Virus record (IMG/VR): IMGVR_UViG_3300037785_000033
Span: 1-36,208 of that record
Origin: a virus
Taxonomy: Duplodnaviria > Caudoviricetes
DNA length: 36,208 nt
Direction: 5' to 3' (one strand)
Shown here in pieces: positions 16,163-26,003 of the stretch. Position numbers and translations under genes: made by a program. The notes under the pieces were generated by a model that made no database searches, was not told the origin of the DNA, and saw nothing but the letters and a program-made list of their open reading frames with translations. How positions within the stretch are numbered: position 1 is the first letter of the stretch; the number at the start of each line of letters is the position of its first letter.

Positions 16163-16715
16163 TAAAGAATTGAAGCCTTGCCCGTTTTGCAAAGGGAAAG
16201 CTTGGAACACCCGCCCACCCCAAGACGCAGCAGTGCGCGAGGTAGATCACAAAGAACTGTTAATAGAAATGTTCTCCCACGGATATTTGCTAGAGCAGGA
16301 GTATGCCGGACAAACAATCATTTCCTGTAAGTATTGCGATGAACAGGGAGATTCACCGGAAGAAATACAACATGAGCCTGATTGCACTTATATCAAGGTT
16401 GAGCAAGCCCTATCAACCGAGCAGCCAGATAACCGCTGCCCAAGGTGCGGGGAAGACAAAGGACACGCTCCAGAATACTGCAATATTTGCTCACTGACTG
16501 CGCCACCAGAGGAGCTTGGTTATACGCCTTTTGTAACACAAGAAAGCGAGCGCATTGCAGAATTAGAAGCCAGAAACAAGGTGCTGAGTGAGGCTATATC
16601 CAATATTGCACCGTGGCTCCCGCTTTCTTGTGATGACCCGCAGGAGCGCGTAGATGCCTGTCAGGAGATATATCGACTTAGCATAGAAATAGGCCTAGCA
16701 GAAAACGGAGAGTGA
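16155..16715 (+). CDS. Hypothetical mosaic protein with several CxxC motifs (Lar-like N-terminus)
   Basis: MDNKELKPCPFC, CKYC, CPRC, CNIC; AGGAG RBS. Confidence 0.7.
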   Translation: MDNKELKPCPFCKGKAWNTRPPQDAAVREVDHKELLIEMFSHGYLLEQEYAGQTIISCKYCDEQGDSPEEIQHEPDCTYIKVEQALSTEQPDNRCPRCGEDKGHAPEYCNICSLTAPPEELGYTPFVTQESERIAELEARNKVLSEAISNIAPWLPLSCDDPQERVDACQEIYRLSIEIGLAENGE

Positions 16716-16716
16716 T

Positions 16717-16935
16717 ATGATCATCCCAAAATATGTTTTAGAAAACAGTAAATGCACGACATCGAGAGAATGGAAAAGCAAAAAACGAGAACAGGCCAGA
16801 GCTGCAAGAAAGGCAATAGATACGCTTCGAGCAGGCTGCGCGCATTTCCCGAGCGGCGCAGATGATCTAGAGGAAGCCGCGCAAGCTATAGATCGTATTT
16901 GCGCTGATATTTCAGTCGAAAATTGGGGCCGATAA
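16717..16935 (+). CDS. Hypothetical protein (72 aa)
   Basis: GGAG RBS, tight packing. Confidence 0.6.
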   Translation: MIIPKYVLENSKCTTSREWKSKKREQARAARKAIDTLRAGCAHFPSGADDLEEAAQAIDRICADISVENWGR

Positions 16936-17007
16936 TGCATATTATTTCGAGCCTTATTTTTTATCGCCTTTGCGGCGAGTGCTGGATAAAAAACGGGAGC
17001 CCAGAGT

Positions 17008-17379
17008 GTGAGTGCAAAAATAATTCTAAATAAAGAACATCGCCGGCCCGAATCTGGATTTGATCAGCGGCTTTTTGAGGCGGTAGACAGAAATAAATAC
17101 TTCTCAAGCAATGAGACTGTCTATCTGCCAGAATGGCGCACACTTAAAAAATGGGGCTTGCTTATAGCGGAATTTGATAAGCATGGCGCTGCGATTCTTA
17201 ATATATCGACTTTAAGAAAAGCGCCGAAGCCTGGTATTACGAAAATTTACCGAGCGTTGGGTTTGCCGGTAAAAATAAGGCGCGGCGAGGCATTGATTAA
17301 TTTTTCTGAAATAGAAAAGCGATCAGCCCAGCTTTATAAGCATATTCTCGAGGCCGGAATTATTCAGGCTGATCAGTGA
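17008..17379 (+). CDS. Hypothetical protein (123 aa)
   Basis: GGGAG RBS, GTG start; converges on the spanin gene. Confidence 0.6.
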   Translation: MSAKIILNKEHRRPESGFDQRLFEAVDRNKYFSSNETVYLPEWRTLKKWGLLIAEFDKHGAAILNISTLRKAPKPGITKIYRALGLPVKIRRGEALINFSEIEKRSAQLYKHILEAGIIQADQ

Positions 17380-17650
17380 TCTGTTTTACTTTCTGGCGAT
17401 CACCTTGCAGGGTGCGAATAAATCGCTTCTGTAGCTCAATATAATCAGCCAAATCTTCGTTTGTTATTTCACCGCGCGGCAGCTCGGGCGCATCCAGCTC
17501 TCGAGTAAATTCGTCCGGTATCTCATGGTATACGGGTACCGATACCTCGACTGTTCTGTATTCTACAGCCGGCTCAGTGGCGCAAGCTGTCAGCAATAGC
17601 AGCAGGCACAACAGTCCGGCCCCATTGGTCAGCGTCTGAATTTTCAGCAT
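17360..17650 (-). CDS. Outer-membrane spanin (Rz1-like lipoprotein)
   Basis: Lipobox LLLLTAC, Pro-rich periplasmic part; overlaps the i-spanin. Confidence 0.85.
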   Translation of the reverse strand: MLKIQTLTNGAGLLCLLLLLTACATEPAVEYRTVEVSVPVYHEIPDEFTRELDAPELPRGEITNEDLADYIELQKRFIRTLQGDRQKVKQITDQPE

Positions 17651-17966
17651 AGATAATTTCTCGCTCAGTGCGGCTGCTTTCGAGTTGATTTTTTAGCTGC
17701 TCGGCTTCCAATCGGGCCCGAGCGACGGCGGCCTCGGCGCGCTCCAAATCAGCGGCGCGCGAATTCACTAGATTATTGTATTTTTCACTGAGGCCGGTAA
17801 TTACAGTCTGATTCTGATCGTTTGCGCTTTTTAGATTGGCATTTTCTACTTCAAGCCGATCAACATCAGCTTGCGCCAGATCAAGCCGCCAGCTCTGAGC
17901 TCCAAGGGCCAGAGCCAAGGCCGCAACAATTAACCAGGCTTTAGGGATCGCATTGATGGGAATCAT
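17574..17966 (-). CDS. Inner-membrane spanin (Rz-like)
   Basis: N-terminal TM segment, coiled coil, C-terminal WGRTVVP..I...L. Confidence 0.85.
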   Translation of the reverse strand: MIPINAIPKAWLIVAALALALGAQSWRLDLAQADVDRLEVENANLKSANDQNQTVITGLSEKYNNLVNSRAADLERAEAAVARARLEAEQLKNQLESSRTEREIIYAENSDADQWGRTVVPAAIADSLRH

Positions 17967-18222
17967 TGATTTTCTCGAGCTTTACTTTAAAAAGCCACGT
18001 TGCAACGATCAGGCAAGCGAAGCCGGCACCAATAGCAAGCAGCTCAAATCCTACAGCTACTACGAATATCCACTCGCCGATTGTAGTGCCGAATCCCGCC
18101 AGGACGAGAATTGAGCCGACTATTGCGAACGCCAGCCACATTCCGAGATATTTCCAGATTTTTAATTTCGCCAGCGCATCTACAAAGCTAGCCAGCGCAT
18201 TGATTGTCTTGTCCCAGCTCAT
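17941..18222 (-). CDS. Membrane protein, holin candidate
   Basis: Two long hydrophobic segments; between endolysin and spanins. Confidence 0.5.
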   Translation of the reverse strand: MSWDKTINALASFVDALAKLKIWKYLGMWLAFAIVGSILVLAGFGTTIGEWIFVVAVGFELLAIGAGFACLIVATWLFKVKLEKINDSHQCDP

Positions 18223-18234
18223 AATGGTGCCTCT

Positions 18235-18669
18235 TTATTCGTCAATTTCAATGTGCGGTAAATCGTCAAGCTTTGAATCGGCATTATTGCCGTCACCGTC
18301 CCAATCGCCGCCCCACCTGATTTTAACACCGAGTTCAGCAGCAGCGGCGAAAAACATTCCGGCAATAAATGTAAACCGCCGAGTATCCTGCCAGACATTT
18401 ACGCCATTAATCTCAGCGGGATAAGGTAGAAAATCAAGCGCGAGCGACGGCGAGTGATTGTGCTTACTTTTTCGGGTGATGCCGTCGATATGAGTTTTCG
18501 GTGGATCTGCATTGAATAGCTCTTGCTGCCGTTCAATGCTTCGATGGCCCTCAATGATAGAAAAATCGGCTACGCCATAGGAAAGAACAAGCTCGGCGAG
18601 CTCCCGTAATCGCGCGTCACACGTGGCCAGGTTGGCCGCTGATCGCTTTCCGAATCGATAACTACTCAT
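18235..18669 (-). CDS. Endolysin, M15-family L-Ala-D-Glu peptidase (T5 lysin-like)
   Basis: EGHRSIERQ, SKH...ALD, IRWGGDW, DLPHIE. Confidence 0.92.
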   Translation of the reverse strand: MSSYRFGKRSAANLATCDARLRELAELVLSYGVADFSIIEGHRSIERQQELFNADPPKTHIDGITRKSKHNHSPSLALDFLPYPAEINGVNVWQDTRRFTFIAGMFFAAAAELGVKIRWGGDWDGDGNNADSKLDDLPHIEIDE

Positions 18670-19129
18670 AATCTTCTAATTCTCTAATCCGCCGGCTGTG
18701 ATTTTCTGTTCGCTGCTCTTGAGTGCTGATTCTATTTTCATGGTTTTCAATGTTTAAAGTATTGCGATTCACTTGATCGGTGAGCGGGAGCAAAACATTG
18801 TCTTCAAATCTTCGAAAATCTGTGCCTATAAATCTATCCTCCACTGCATCTATTTGGATTTGCTGCACCACTTCCGTTAATTCTTTAATGGCTGCAGTTT
18901 GTTCCATATCTGAATTTTGCAACATAGGCACGATAATAACTATGCCTCCAGCACCGACAAAAGCGGTGGTAAGCAAGGCGAGAACCAGCTTTTCCATGAA
19001 TCCCGAAGTTAAACCTTTTTCTGCTACGTCTGGCGCGGCCATAACCATTCCTTTTATCGTAGTTAAAGTTCCAGCATCAGGCATCAAATCCTTTAAGCTG
19101 TCGATGAAACTGAAATCCGTCATGCTCAT
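18662..19129 (-). CDS. Single-TM coiled-coil protein (holin or antiholin candidate)
   Basis: One TM segment followed by a coiled coil, directly upstream of the endolysin. Confidence 0.5.
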   Translation of the reverse strand: MSMTDFSFIDSLKDLMPDAGTLTTIKGMVMAAPDVAEKGLTSGFMEKLVLALLTTAFVGAGGIVIIVPMLQNSDMEQTAAIKELTEVVQQIQIDAVEDRFIGTDFRRFEDNVLLPLTDQVNRNTLNIENHENRISTQEQRTENHSRRIRELEDYE

Positions 19130-19758
19130 TTCCTTTTAGGTAAAGATTTCCTAAGTTGTTCTATTTCCTGAACAGCCGCGTTTTCGGCAGCCTTGAATTG
19201 ATAGTTAAGCTGTTTTGCTGCTTCGGCATGGCAGCGATTCTGGTAATCGGCTTCGCTCTCGCCTTTTTTCTGTTTGGGGAGCGTAGGCGTGGAAAGTTGT
19301 ACTTTCTCCACGACATAAGCCAGCTTTTTCTCGGTTTTCGGTACTCGGTGAGGCTTGCACTTTTCAAAGATCGGCTGGCCTGTTTTTTCATCCTTGCCGA
19401 CTTTCTGCATCACCGGCTTACCTGATTCATCGACCACTTCATACTCGTCGAAATCCTGCACCATCTTTTTCTCAGGCTTACCAGGACGCATCACGGCTTT
19501 ACCGTCCATGATTTCAACCGAAGGCTTGCCGGAGACTTCGATTTCTTTCATCTTCGGCGCGTCAACAATCCTAGCCTTTTCAATATGGCGCTTCTTAACA
19601 GGGAACATGGAGATAGCCGCCTCGGCGCTATTGTTGGCCGCATTGCAAAAGACTTTCTGCTTTGAGAGCAGATGGGTACCGCCATCTACCTCTTGCACTT
19701 CCTGTACCAGCCAGCCGTTGTCTGTACCGTCGATTTTGGTTGCTGTTAGATTAATCAT
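19126..19758 (-). CDS. Hypothetical protein downstream of the tail fibre (possible fibre assembly factor)
   Basis: ATGA-coupled to the fibre gene, highly charged, 210 aa. Confidence 0.55.
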   Translation of the reverse strand: MINLTATKIDGTDNGWLVQEVQEVDGGTHLLSKQKVFCNAANNSAEAAISMFPVKKRHIEKARIVDAPKMKEIEVSGKPSVEIMDGKAVMRPGKPEKKMVQDFDEYEVVDESGKPVMQKVGKDEKTGQPIFEKCKPHRVPKTEKKLAYVVEKVQLSTPTLPKQKKGESEADYQNRCHAEAAKQLNYQFKAAENAAVQEIEQLRKSLPKRK

Positions 19759-21275
19759 AGGAATGTCACCTTAAATACATAACTTCCGCCAGCCCGATTC
19801 TCTATCTTTAGAACGCCGGATTGGACTGCTATAGTGGTTTTTGTATCTGTACCAGTAGTCCCAGAAACATCAGAAGCGGTGACGTCCACATCGGCTGCGC
19901 CGAATCCTATATTGCACTTCCCTATTTGCAATGATCCGCCAACATCATAATAAATTAGGACACTTCTCGCGCTGACTGGAAATTCGCCGCCAGAAAGTGC
20001 AGACACTAACGCAAATCCCCCGTCCCTTGGAGGCGTAATACTCCCAACCGCATCATCAGCAATGGTGATTGATTCCCCGCCTATATCATTTCCGTTAAGG
20101 GTAAGAAGGCCATCAGCAAGGTCTAGACCATTGCTGGTCAATTCCAATTTTTCGACGCCAGCCAAAGCCCAAGAATGCTGGTTAGCACCTGAAGCATCAA
20201 GAAATATTCTGTAATCTGTTGATACCAAGCCTCCGGCATCATCCCGCGTCTGCAACCAAAAGCTGTCACCATTTAACAGAAAGCTGACCCGCCTATAATC
20301 TGCGCTGCCGTCTGAGTCATACAACCGATAATTTGGGAACGTGTTGCTAATTTCAATCGTTGCTGTGCTATCCAACCCCGCAACGTTGGTGTCACCTGTC
20401 GCTGTTAAATCAGCAAAACTTGCCGCCGCGCCCTGCAAGGCAAACTGCTCCCACGATTGCCAAGTGCCAGAAGTTTTGCGCCGATACCAAACCTCCGATC
20501 CGCCTGTTTCCATTGCAAATTGAGCCATGTTATTTGCGTCATAGGCTATTGAGAGACAAACCCCAAAATTGAACGGCCTGTTTGAAGTAGTATTGATAAT
20601 CTTATCGAATCGGGTAGTTGTTGGAGAATTTAAATCCGCAATAGCAGTAAGGATGCTGGCACCAAGCCCAAAAGAACCTGCCGTTCCAGAAAGCGCGAGA
20701 ATCCGCGATGCGGTATCGTCGTAAGCGGAGGTTTGCTTATCTTCGAGCGCCGCCGTACCAAGCTCATCAGTGGTTAAAGTGGTATTAATCCAATCTGCCG
20801 AACCTACACTGGAATCGACACAGCGATAGGATTCATCGGCTGTAGTATCAATCCAGATCGAGCCTACCGAATAACCTGCATCAGCATCGTCATTCACAGT
20901 AGGCGCTGCGCTTGCTGACAGGTTGTTTAAAAGCTGCTCAGTGGCTTCCCATGCCGAACCGGTGTAGCGATAACGAAGATTTTCATCCTTGACCCAGACA
21001 AACCATCCCTCGTCAGGCGTAACGTACAGATAGGATGATATCGGAGAGCAATAGATCGCTATATCATCATCCTTGCCTGACCATGCGCCCGTGGCACTAC
21101 CCCCGACAATATAGGTGTCGCCATCGGATTCGCCGCCAGGAGGCGCGGTCAAATCTTTATCAATGACAGAGCCTTGAGCAAGCGCTTCAATGACGCGGTT
21201 ATTCGCATTGATTAATGGCTCTTTGCCAGCCTGGCCATCAGATAAGTCATACAGATTAAATTTTGGGCTTGTCAA
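19755..21275 (-). CDS. Tail fibre / receptor-binding protein with an N-terminal DUF2793-like domain
   Basis: GQAGKE..IN...DLTAPPG...GDTYIVG..ATGAWSGKD...P.EGW; mosaic Gly/Ser/Thr-rich C-terminal modules. Confidence 0.75.
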   Translation of the reverse strand: MTSPKFNLYDLSDGQAGKEPLINANNRVIEALAQGSVIDKDLTAPPGGESDGDTYIVGGSATGAWSGKDDDIAIYCSPISSYLYVTPDEGWFVWVKDENLRYRYTGSAWEATEQLLNNLSASAAPTVNDDADAGYSVGSIWIDTTADESYRCVDSSVGSADWINTTLTTDELGTAALEDKQTSAYDDTASRILALSGTAGSFGLGASILTAIADLNSPTTTRFDKIINTTSNRPFNFGVCLSIAYDANNMAQFAMETGGSEVWYRRKTSGTWQSWEQFALQGAAASFADLTATGDTNVAGLDSTATIEISNTFPNYRLYDSDGSADYRRVSFLLNGDSFWLQTRDDAGGLVSTDYRIFLDASGANQHSWALAGVEKLELTSNGLDLADGLLTLNGNDIGGESITIADDAVGSITPPRDGGFALVSALSGGEFPVSARSVLIYYDVGGSLQIGKCNIGFGAADVDVTASDVSGTTGTDTKTTIAVQSGVLKIENRAGGSYVFKVTFL

Positions 21276-24200
21276 AGCGTTACCTCCAAGGGTGTTCCGC
21301 GACCCTGTTCATTCAAGTGATAAATCTTAACATCGAGGGAAGATTGCGGCGAGCCAAAATCTGTGGTCTGATCTGCCGCCGAATAGGTGAAGGCAACTTC
21401 ACCGTCAGAATCGTAAGCGGTCTCGATAGTGCGAACCACGGTTGAGCCATCCATTACATCAATCTCGTAGCTTTCTTCGGTACTGCTTTCGCCCGAACGC
21501 CAAGGCAGGCCGTTTTGCCACAGATCGACCCTTGAGCGAATCAGGAAGGTGCCAGAAATATTATCCGAGCCATCACGGCTGGCCTCTGCATGTACCGGAG
21601 AAAATGTTTTGAGATTTTCAGCGGCATAAGTGAATTCATAATTGATCGCATCAGGAACAGAAATGGCGGTACTGGCACACCGGTAATCGATAGCCGTATC
21701 AATATCGCCAGATTCCGCGCCCACCCATTGAGTGTCAGGGTCAGAAATAAGCACGAAATCATCACCGACTACATGCAATCCGGTATTGTGCTCAGTGCCG
21801 CGCAAGCCACGCATGAAATTCGAAATGGTGTAAGTATTGTCGCCGTTATCAACTACGGTCTGGAATTTGACCATTTCCCAGCGACCATTTACTCCGTAAG
21901 CGGCATAATTCTCGCCATTGCAAAAGGCTTCGAAATCGCTTGCGCTGGAAAAGCTGCCTATCTCGATTCGAACAGTAAGCTCGGCAGGGTCAATCATGTA
22001 TCCGTTATTTGCTGCCAGCGTATCTGTAGCTACACCCCAAGCCCCGTTGTTCTGAAAGCTCGACACCGTATTCCAGCTTGAATCGTCCCTAGAGCGATAG
22101 AGCGTCCCACCCTGCCAGCTTGTGTAAGCTGCCCCGCCGGCTGCCAAAAAGCCGTAGGCATCCTGAATCGACGGATTAACTACGGGGCAATCGACAAGCT
22201 TCAGAAATGCCAACGGCGAATCTGGTATTACTTCATCAACAAAATCTTCGCCCTCTTGCCCTACCGCCGCCGAAGTGTAGCTGCTCGATTTGTAAAGCGT
22301 TCCGGAAATTTTTAGATTTCCACCGAAATCAATATCTCGAATTAATACAGTATGCGTCACGTCATCAAAAGGCACCGTGACCACATCGCCAGGCTGCAAA
22401 GCTCGATAGGAAGGAGGCAAAGTGAAGCCGCACGTATTTCGATCATCCCATGCCATCTGCAACAAAACTTCGGCGCACTGAGCAGCCCTGTCAGCGGTCA
22501 TATACATAGCAAGATCGACTGTTACTTCATCAACTGCTTCGGTACTTTCGCGCTCGGCGTACTGAATGCCGGCCTCTCCCGCCCTGCCTGCATCGAAATA
22601 CTTTACGTTAATTCGACGCGGTAGCTGGGCATCCATTTCGCGCTGTTGTGTCCACTGAGTATCGGGATCAAGATCATCGGTGTCTATAGTAAGCACCGAA
22701 GACCCGCCGCGCGGCTTAAACTTGATTTTGTAGCCGTCCTGAATGATGTCGAACGGCGAATATTTTTGCAGCGCGGCAAGATTTTCCCGAATACTTGCTA
22801 CCTTGGAAATTCGATACCCGCCTACGGTATCGGTCATTTCTGTGACATCAATATCGCTTGCTGTAATTAATCCTGATAATTCAACTTCCGCTGTAATTAT
22901 CGAAGAAAGAGGAACATCGGAGATTGTTCGATTATTAAAATCAACTCGATATAGTTTTTCAGTAATCCTATTAAGGAAACTTATTCGGTCACCGGCTACC
23001 TGAAAATTGATATTAGAGCTCAAAAACCATGCGTTACCGATAGTCTCAACAGCCTTGTAATCTGAGACCCCTAGCCGCTTTATTCGATACGTGCCAGCGC
23101 TTGAGAAAGTGGCGTAAAGATAATCACCGGAGAAGCCGAAATTCTGTATGCCGATATAGCGGCCAAAAAGGGCGAGCACAGTGGTACTTTCTGCCACTGC
23201 AAAAGAATCAAGGTCAATAATCTTTATTGGAATATTGGTGGTATTGTCGAAAAGGAAAAGAGAGTTCCCGACTACACCGCCCCAGCTTGTGTCTGCTTCA
23301 AACGCCGAGATAACCAGAACGGTTTGCGCCCCAGCTATATTTGACGAGCCACCAAACGAAGCGCCCTCATTATTAGCTGCGCGCCACCGGTAAAGGTAGG
23401 TATCAGTGCCGTCGTTATACCAGGAATAAAAATAATCGCCTTTGAGCGCACCGCTGTCAAAAGGCAATAAATCATTCCACGTGTACCCTTGGAGATTGCT
23501 TCCATCAACGGCAAAAGTAACCGTATTCCGATATCCGTTGTAATCAAGCTCAGCCACACTGGTTCCAAATTCTTGCTTGGCCCCGAAACAAACGGAGATC
23601 CATATTTTGTCATTGGCCGAATCAACTGCCCATAAAGCCACTGCGTTTTGATCTGTCCATATCCACCGAAATGTCTTGATAGTAGAAATTGAGCCACGGG
23701 TAAATCCGGAACCGGCAAAAGGAACAACGCTAGTTAAAATCTTGTGAACATTCCCGTTCCAGTCAACGATCCAGCAAGCAAGCTCGGCAGTGTCTGAGCT
23801 TGGCCAAGTTCTTGATGCGTACCAGATATACGTACCGTTTTCGTCTTGAAACGGAACATCAATTTCGGATTCTCCGGTTGCCGCTACGATATCTGTAATT
23901 TCGGCAGGCAAATCTATCTGCTCAATATCGCCTGATTCGAAGGCTGAAATGACAGACGAGCCGCCGCCAGCGTCTACAAAATACTCTACGTCCACCTGTA
24001 GGTTGTTTATCGAATTCCCGTACTTTTCCAGCGGCCAGCGCTGAATGCCGAGATACGCAATATCGCGCCATGCCGGAACGTCAGCCGTATCAATTCCGGA
24101 GCCTTCACGGAGATCGATGCGCTCCCATCTTTTTTGATCGGATTCGCCGTTCTTGAAGATCAGCGCCCTTCCGCCTTTCTGGTCAATCCTTGACGGAGTG

Positions 24201-24550
24201 GATTGCGAGCTTGTAGCGGAATAGATCAAATCACTCTCGAACCATATCTTACGAACGTGATCTATTTCGCCGTGATGAAAAGCAGCCGCAAATTCTCCAA
24301 AATACGCATAACCTCTCGGCCCTTTTATTTTTACTTCCTCGATCTGGTTTTGATAAACCCAAGTAATTACGCACTTGTTTCTGCCTATCCCGTAGGTGCG
24401 AGGAAACACTGTCCCGTAAGCATTACTCTGTACGCTCAAATCCTCGACGCGCGAAACATTAACAGGCTCCCGCACATCGGGCGCGATGAATGAAAAAAGC
24501 TTGCTGAAAATGCTTTTAAAAAAATCACCAATCGCGGAAAAAATGCTCAT
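21272..24550 (-). CDS. Central tail / hub protein (GTA-like phage tail protein)
   Basis: SNAYG..FPRTYG, PAWRDIAYL, LPRRINVKYFD, WEMVKF, RGLRGTE; 1092 aa. Confidence 0.85.
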   Translation of the reverse strand: MSIFSAIGDFFKSIFSKLFSFIAPDVREPVNVSRVEDLSVQSNAYGTVFPRTYGIGRNKCVITWVYQNQIEEVKIKGPRGYAYFGEFAAAFHHGEIDHVRKIWFESDLIYSATSSQSTPSRIDQKGGRALIFKNGESDQKRWERIDLREGSGIDTADVPAWRDIAYLGIQRWPLEKYGNSINNLQVDVEYFVDAGGGSSVISAFESGDIEQIDLPAEITDIVAATGESEIDVPFQDENGTYIWYASRTWPSSDTAELACWIVDWNGNVHKILTSVVPFAGSGFTRGSISTIKTFRWIWTDQNAVALWAVDSANDKIWISVCFGAKQEFGTSVAELDYNGYRNTVTFAVDGSNLQGYTWNDLLPFDSGALKGDYFYSWYNDGTDTYLYRWRAANNEGASFGGSSNIAGAQTVLVISAFEADTSWGGVVGNSLFLFDNTTNIPIKIIDLDSFAVAESTTVLALFGRYIGIQNFGFSGDYLYATFSSAGTYRIKRLGVSDYKAVETIGNAWFLSSNINFQVAGDRISFLNRITEKLYRVDFNNRTISDVPLSSIITAEVELSGLITASDIDVTEMTDTVGGYRISKVASIRENLAALQKYSPFDIIQDGYKIKFKPRGGSSVLTIDTDDLDPDTQWTQQREMDAQLPRRINVKYFDAGRAGEAGIQYAERESTEAVDEVTVDLAMYMTADRAAQCAEVLLQMAWDDRNTCGFTLPPSYRALQPGDVVTVPFDDVTHTVLIRDIDFGGNLKISGTLYKSSSYTSAAVGQEGEDFVDEVIPDSPLAFLKLVDCPVVNPSIQDAYGFLAAGGAAYTSWQGGTLYRSRDDSSWNTVSSFQNNGAWGVATDTLAANNGYMIDPAELTVRIEIGSFSSASDFEAFCNGENYAAYGVNGRWEMVKFQTVVDNGDNTYTISNFMRGLRGTEHNTGLHVVGDDFVLISDPDTQWVGAESGDIDTAIDYRCASTAISVPDAINYEFTYAAENLKTFSPVHAEASRDGSDNISGTFLIRSRVDLWQNGLPWRSGESSTEESYEIDVMDGSTVVRTIETAYDSDGEVAFTYSAADQTTDFGSPQSSLDVKIYHLNEQGRGTPLEVTL

Positions 24551-25377
24551 GTTCGCTTCCCTCTCGACTTGGTAACGTCATCGGTTGGCACCCATGGAAA
24601 GCCGAGAAAATTTCGCACGTTATTGTATTTGTTTTTACAATCTTCGATATGTCGCTTGCGACAGCCAGGCTTTACGCTGAGTGCGTCCCCGACTTCCGGA
24701 GTATATGGAAGCGGGTCAAACAAAGTGATATTGCCTCCTGTGGTATGCTCTTTAACCACGGCTGGCCTGAGATTGGCGTTCTCACCATCAGTAAACTGCA
24801 ACTTTCCCAGCCCGAAATAATCATCGGCTTCGGAGGTTGCAGAAATAACAAAATTTGATGCGTCGGTAACACTCGTAACTGTGGCCGCAACTGCCAGTGC
24901 ATCAACGTCGACGGTGCATCCAGAATCACCAAATACGCGAGGGCATTTTTGCTGCGCCTGTAATCCTACTTTCTGATTCAGGACATCAACCAGTGTCATC
25001 ATTTCAATTTCGTATTCGCTATCAACAATTTTTGATGCGCCGAACAACCCCGCGCTCATTGGCTCTTCATCTTCAACTGGATTGTCCCAGTCAGTATTGA
25101 ATAAATACCATCGAGCATTGTCATAAGTACCCGCAGCAATATCGGCCTTACTGATTCCGTTGCTTGATAAAAATCCAGCTATATCAATGGACGTAGGAGA
25201 GAAATCAGATCGAAATTCTGTGCCCGAGAAATCTTGCCCATCTGCCTTAGTGTAAATCTCGCCGTTCGACATAGTTACATCATGCGGATAAAAGGCAAAT
25301 TGAAGGTCGGAGCCGTAGACAGGCTCGACTCTCAAACACCACAAAATTCGTTGCCAGGGGGCTACAGTTGATTTCAT
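24547..25377 (-). CDS. DUF2163/BR0599-family tail-tip protein
   Basis: C.RVFGDSGC...PGCRK....C.NKYNNVRNFLGFPWVP. Confidence 0.9.
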   Translation of the reverse strand: MKSTVAPWQRILWCLRVEPVYGSDLQFAFYPHDVTMSNGEIYTKADGQDFSGTEFRSDFSPTSIDIAGFLSSNGISKADIAAGTYDNARWYLFNTDWDNPVEDEEPMSAGLFGASKIVDSEYEIEMMTLVDVLNQKVGLQAQQKCPRVFGDSGCTVDVDALAVAATVTSVTDASNFVISATSEADDYFGLGKLQFTDGENANLRPAVVKEHTTGGNITLFDPLPYTPEVGDALSVKPGCRKRHIEDCKNKYNNVRNFLGFPWVPTDDVTKSRGKRT

Positions 25378-26003
25378 TATTCAGGGTCGTAAAGTTCTTC
25401 TAGCTCAATCGAGATATCTAGAATATTGTAATTAGACATATTTACCCCGCTTAAATCCGTCTGAAACACTACGGGGAAATCGAATAAAAAACCTGCCTTG
25501 ATTTCGGCACCCGCGTCAGGAGTATCGAGCGTGATAATCCCTGTAGTAGTATCAACGCTGAAAGCTGTGCTTGTAACTCCATCAATAGATAAAAGTACAG
25601 AGCCAGATCGAGGCTTACGTATTCTTCGCCTTGCCACGCCGGTACCGCCTTGCGTTCCATACCATTTTATTAGCTGATAGGTGCCGGCAGAGGCATCAAT
25701 GGCAGTGCATAATTGATCTGTACTTGTAGGGGTGCCTGTTTCCCCATTGCTTGAATTTTCATACAAATAGGGAAATCGAAAGCCATCTACTGTCTTTGCT
25801 TTTCTCCATAAAGCAATCAAGTTTTCATATTGATCTTCGGCAATTCGCCCGCTGAATTCCAGAGTAAAAATCGCTTTTGGGTAAGGATGCCTTAATACTG
25901 CTTCGCGCCCTAAAAAGGTATTGAAAACCTCTACAGAAAAACCTTCGTCAAAGGATGATCCCTGATTAAAATCGTAATCTAATTGCTGTTCAATAAAAGC
26001 CAT
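25377..26003 (-). CDS. DUF2460-family distal tail protein
   Basis: GFRF, YQLIKWYG, RRIRKP..GSV, GFLFDFPV.F. Confidence 0.88.
   Translation of the reverse strand: MAFIEQQLDYDFNQGSSFDEGFSVEVFNTFLGREAVLRHPYPKAIFTLEFSGRIAEDQYENLIALWRKAKTVDGFRFPYLYENSSNGETGTPTSTDQLCTAIDASAGTYQLIKWYGTQGGTGVARRRIRKPRSGSVLLSIDGVTSTAFSVDTTTGIITLDTPDAGAEIKAGFLFDFPVVFQTDLSGVNMSNYNILDISIELEELYDPE

Noticed and set aside
19755-24550. Diversity-generating retroelement or invertible tail-fibre cassette
   Set aside because: I saw no reverse transcriptase, invertase or template/variable repeat pair.
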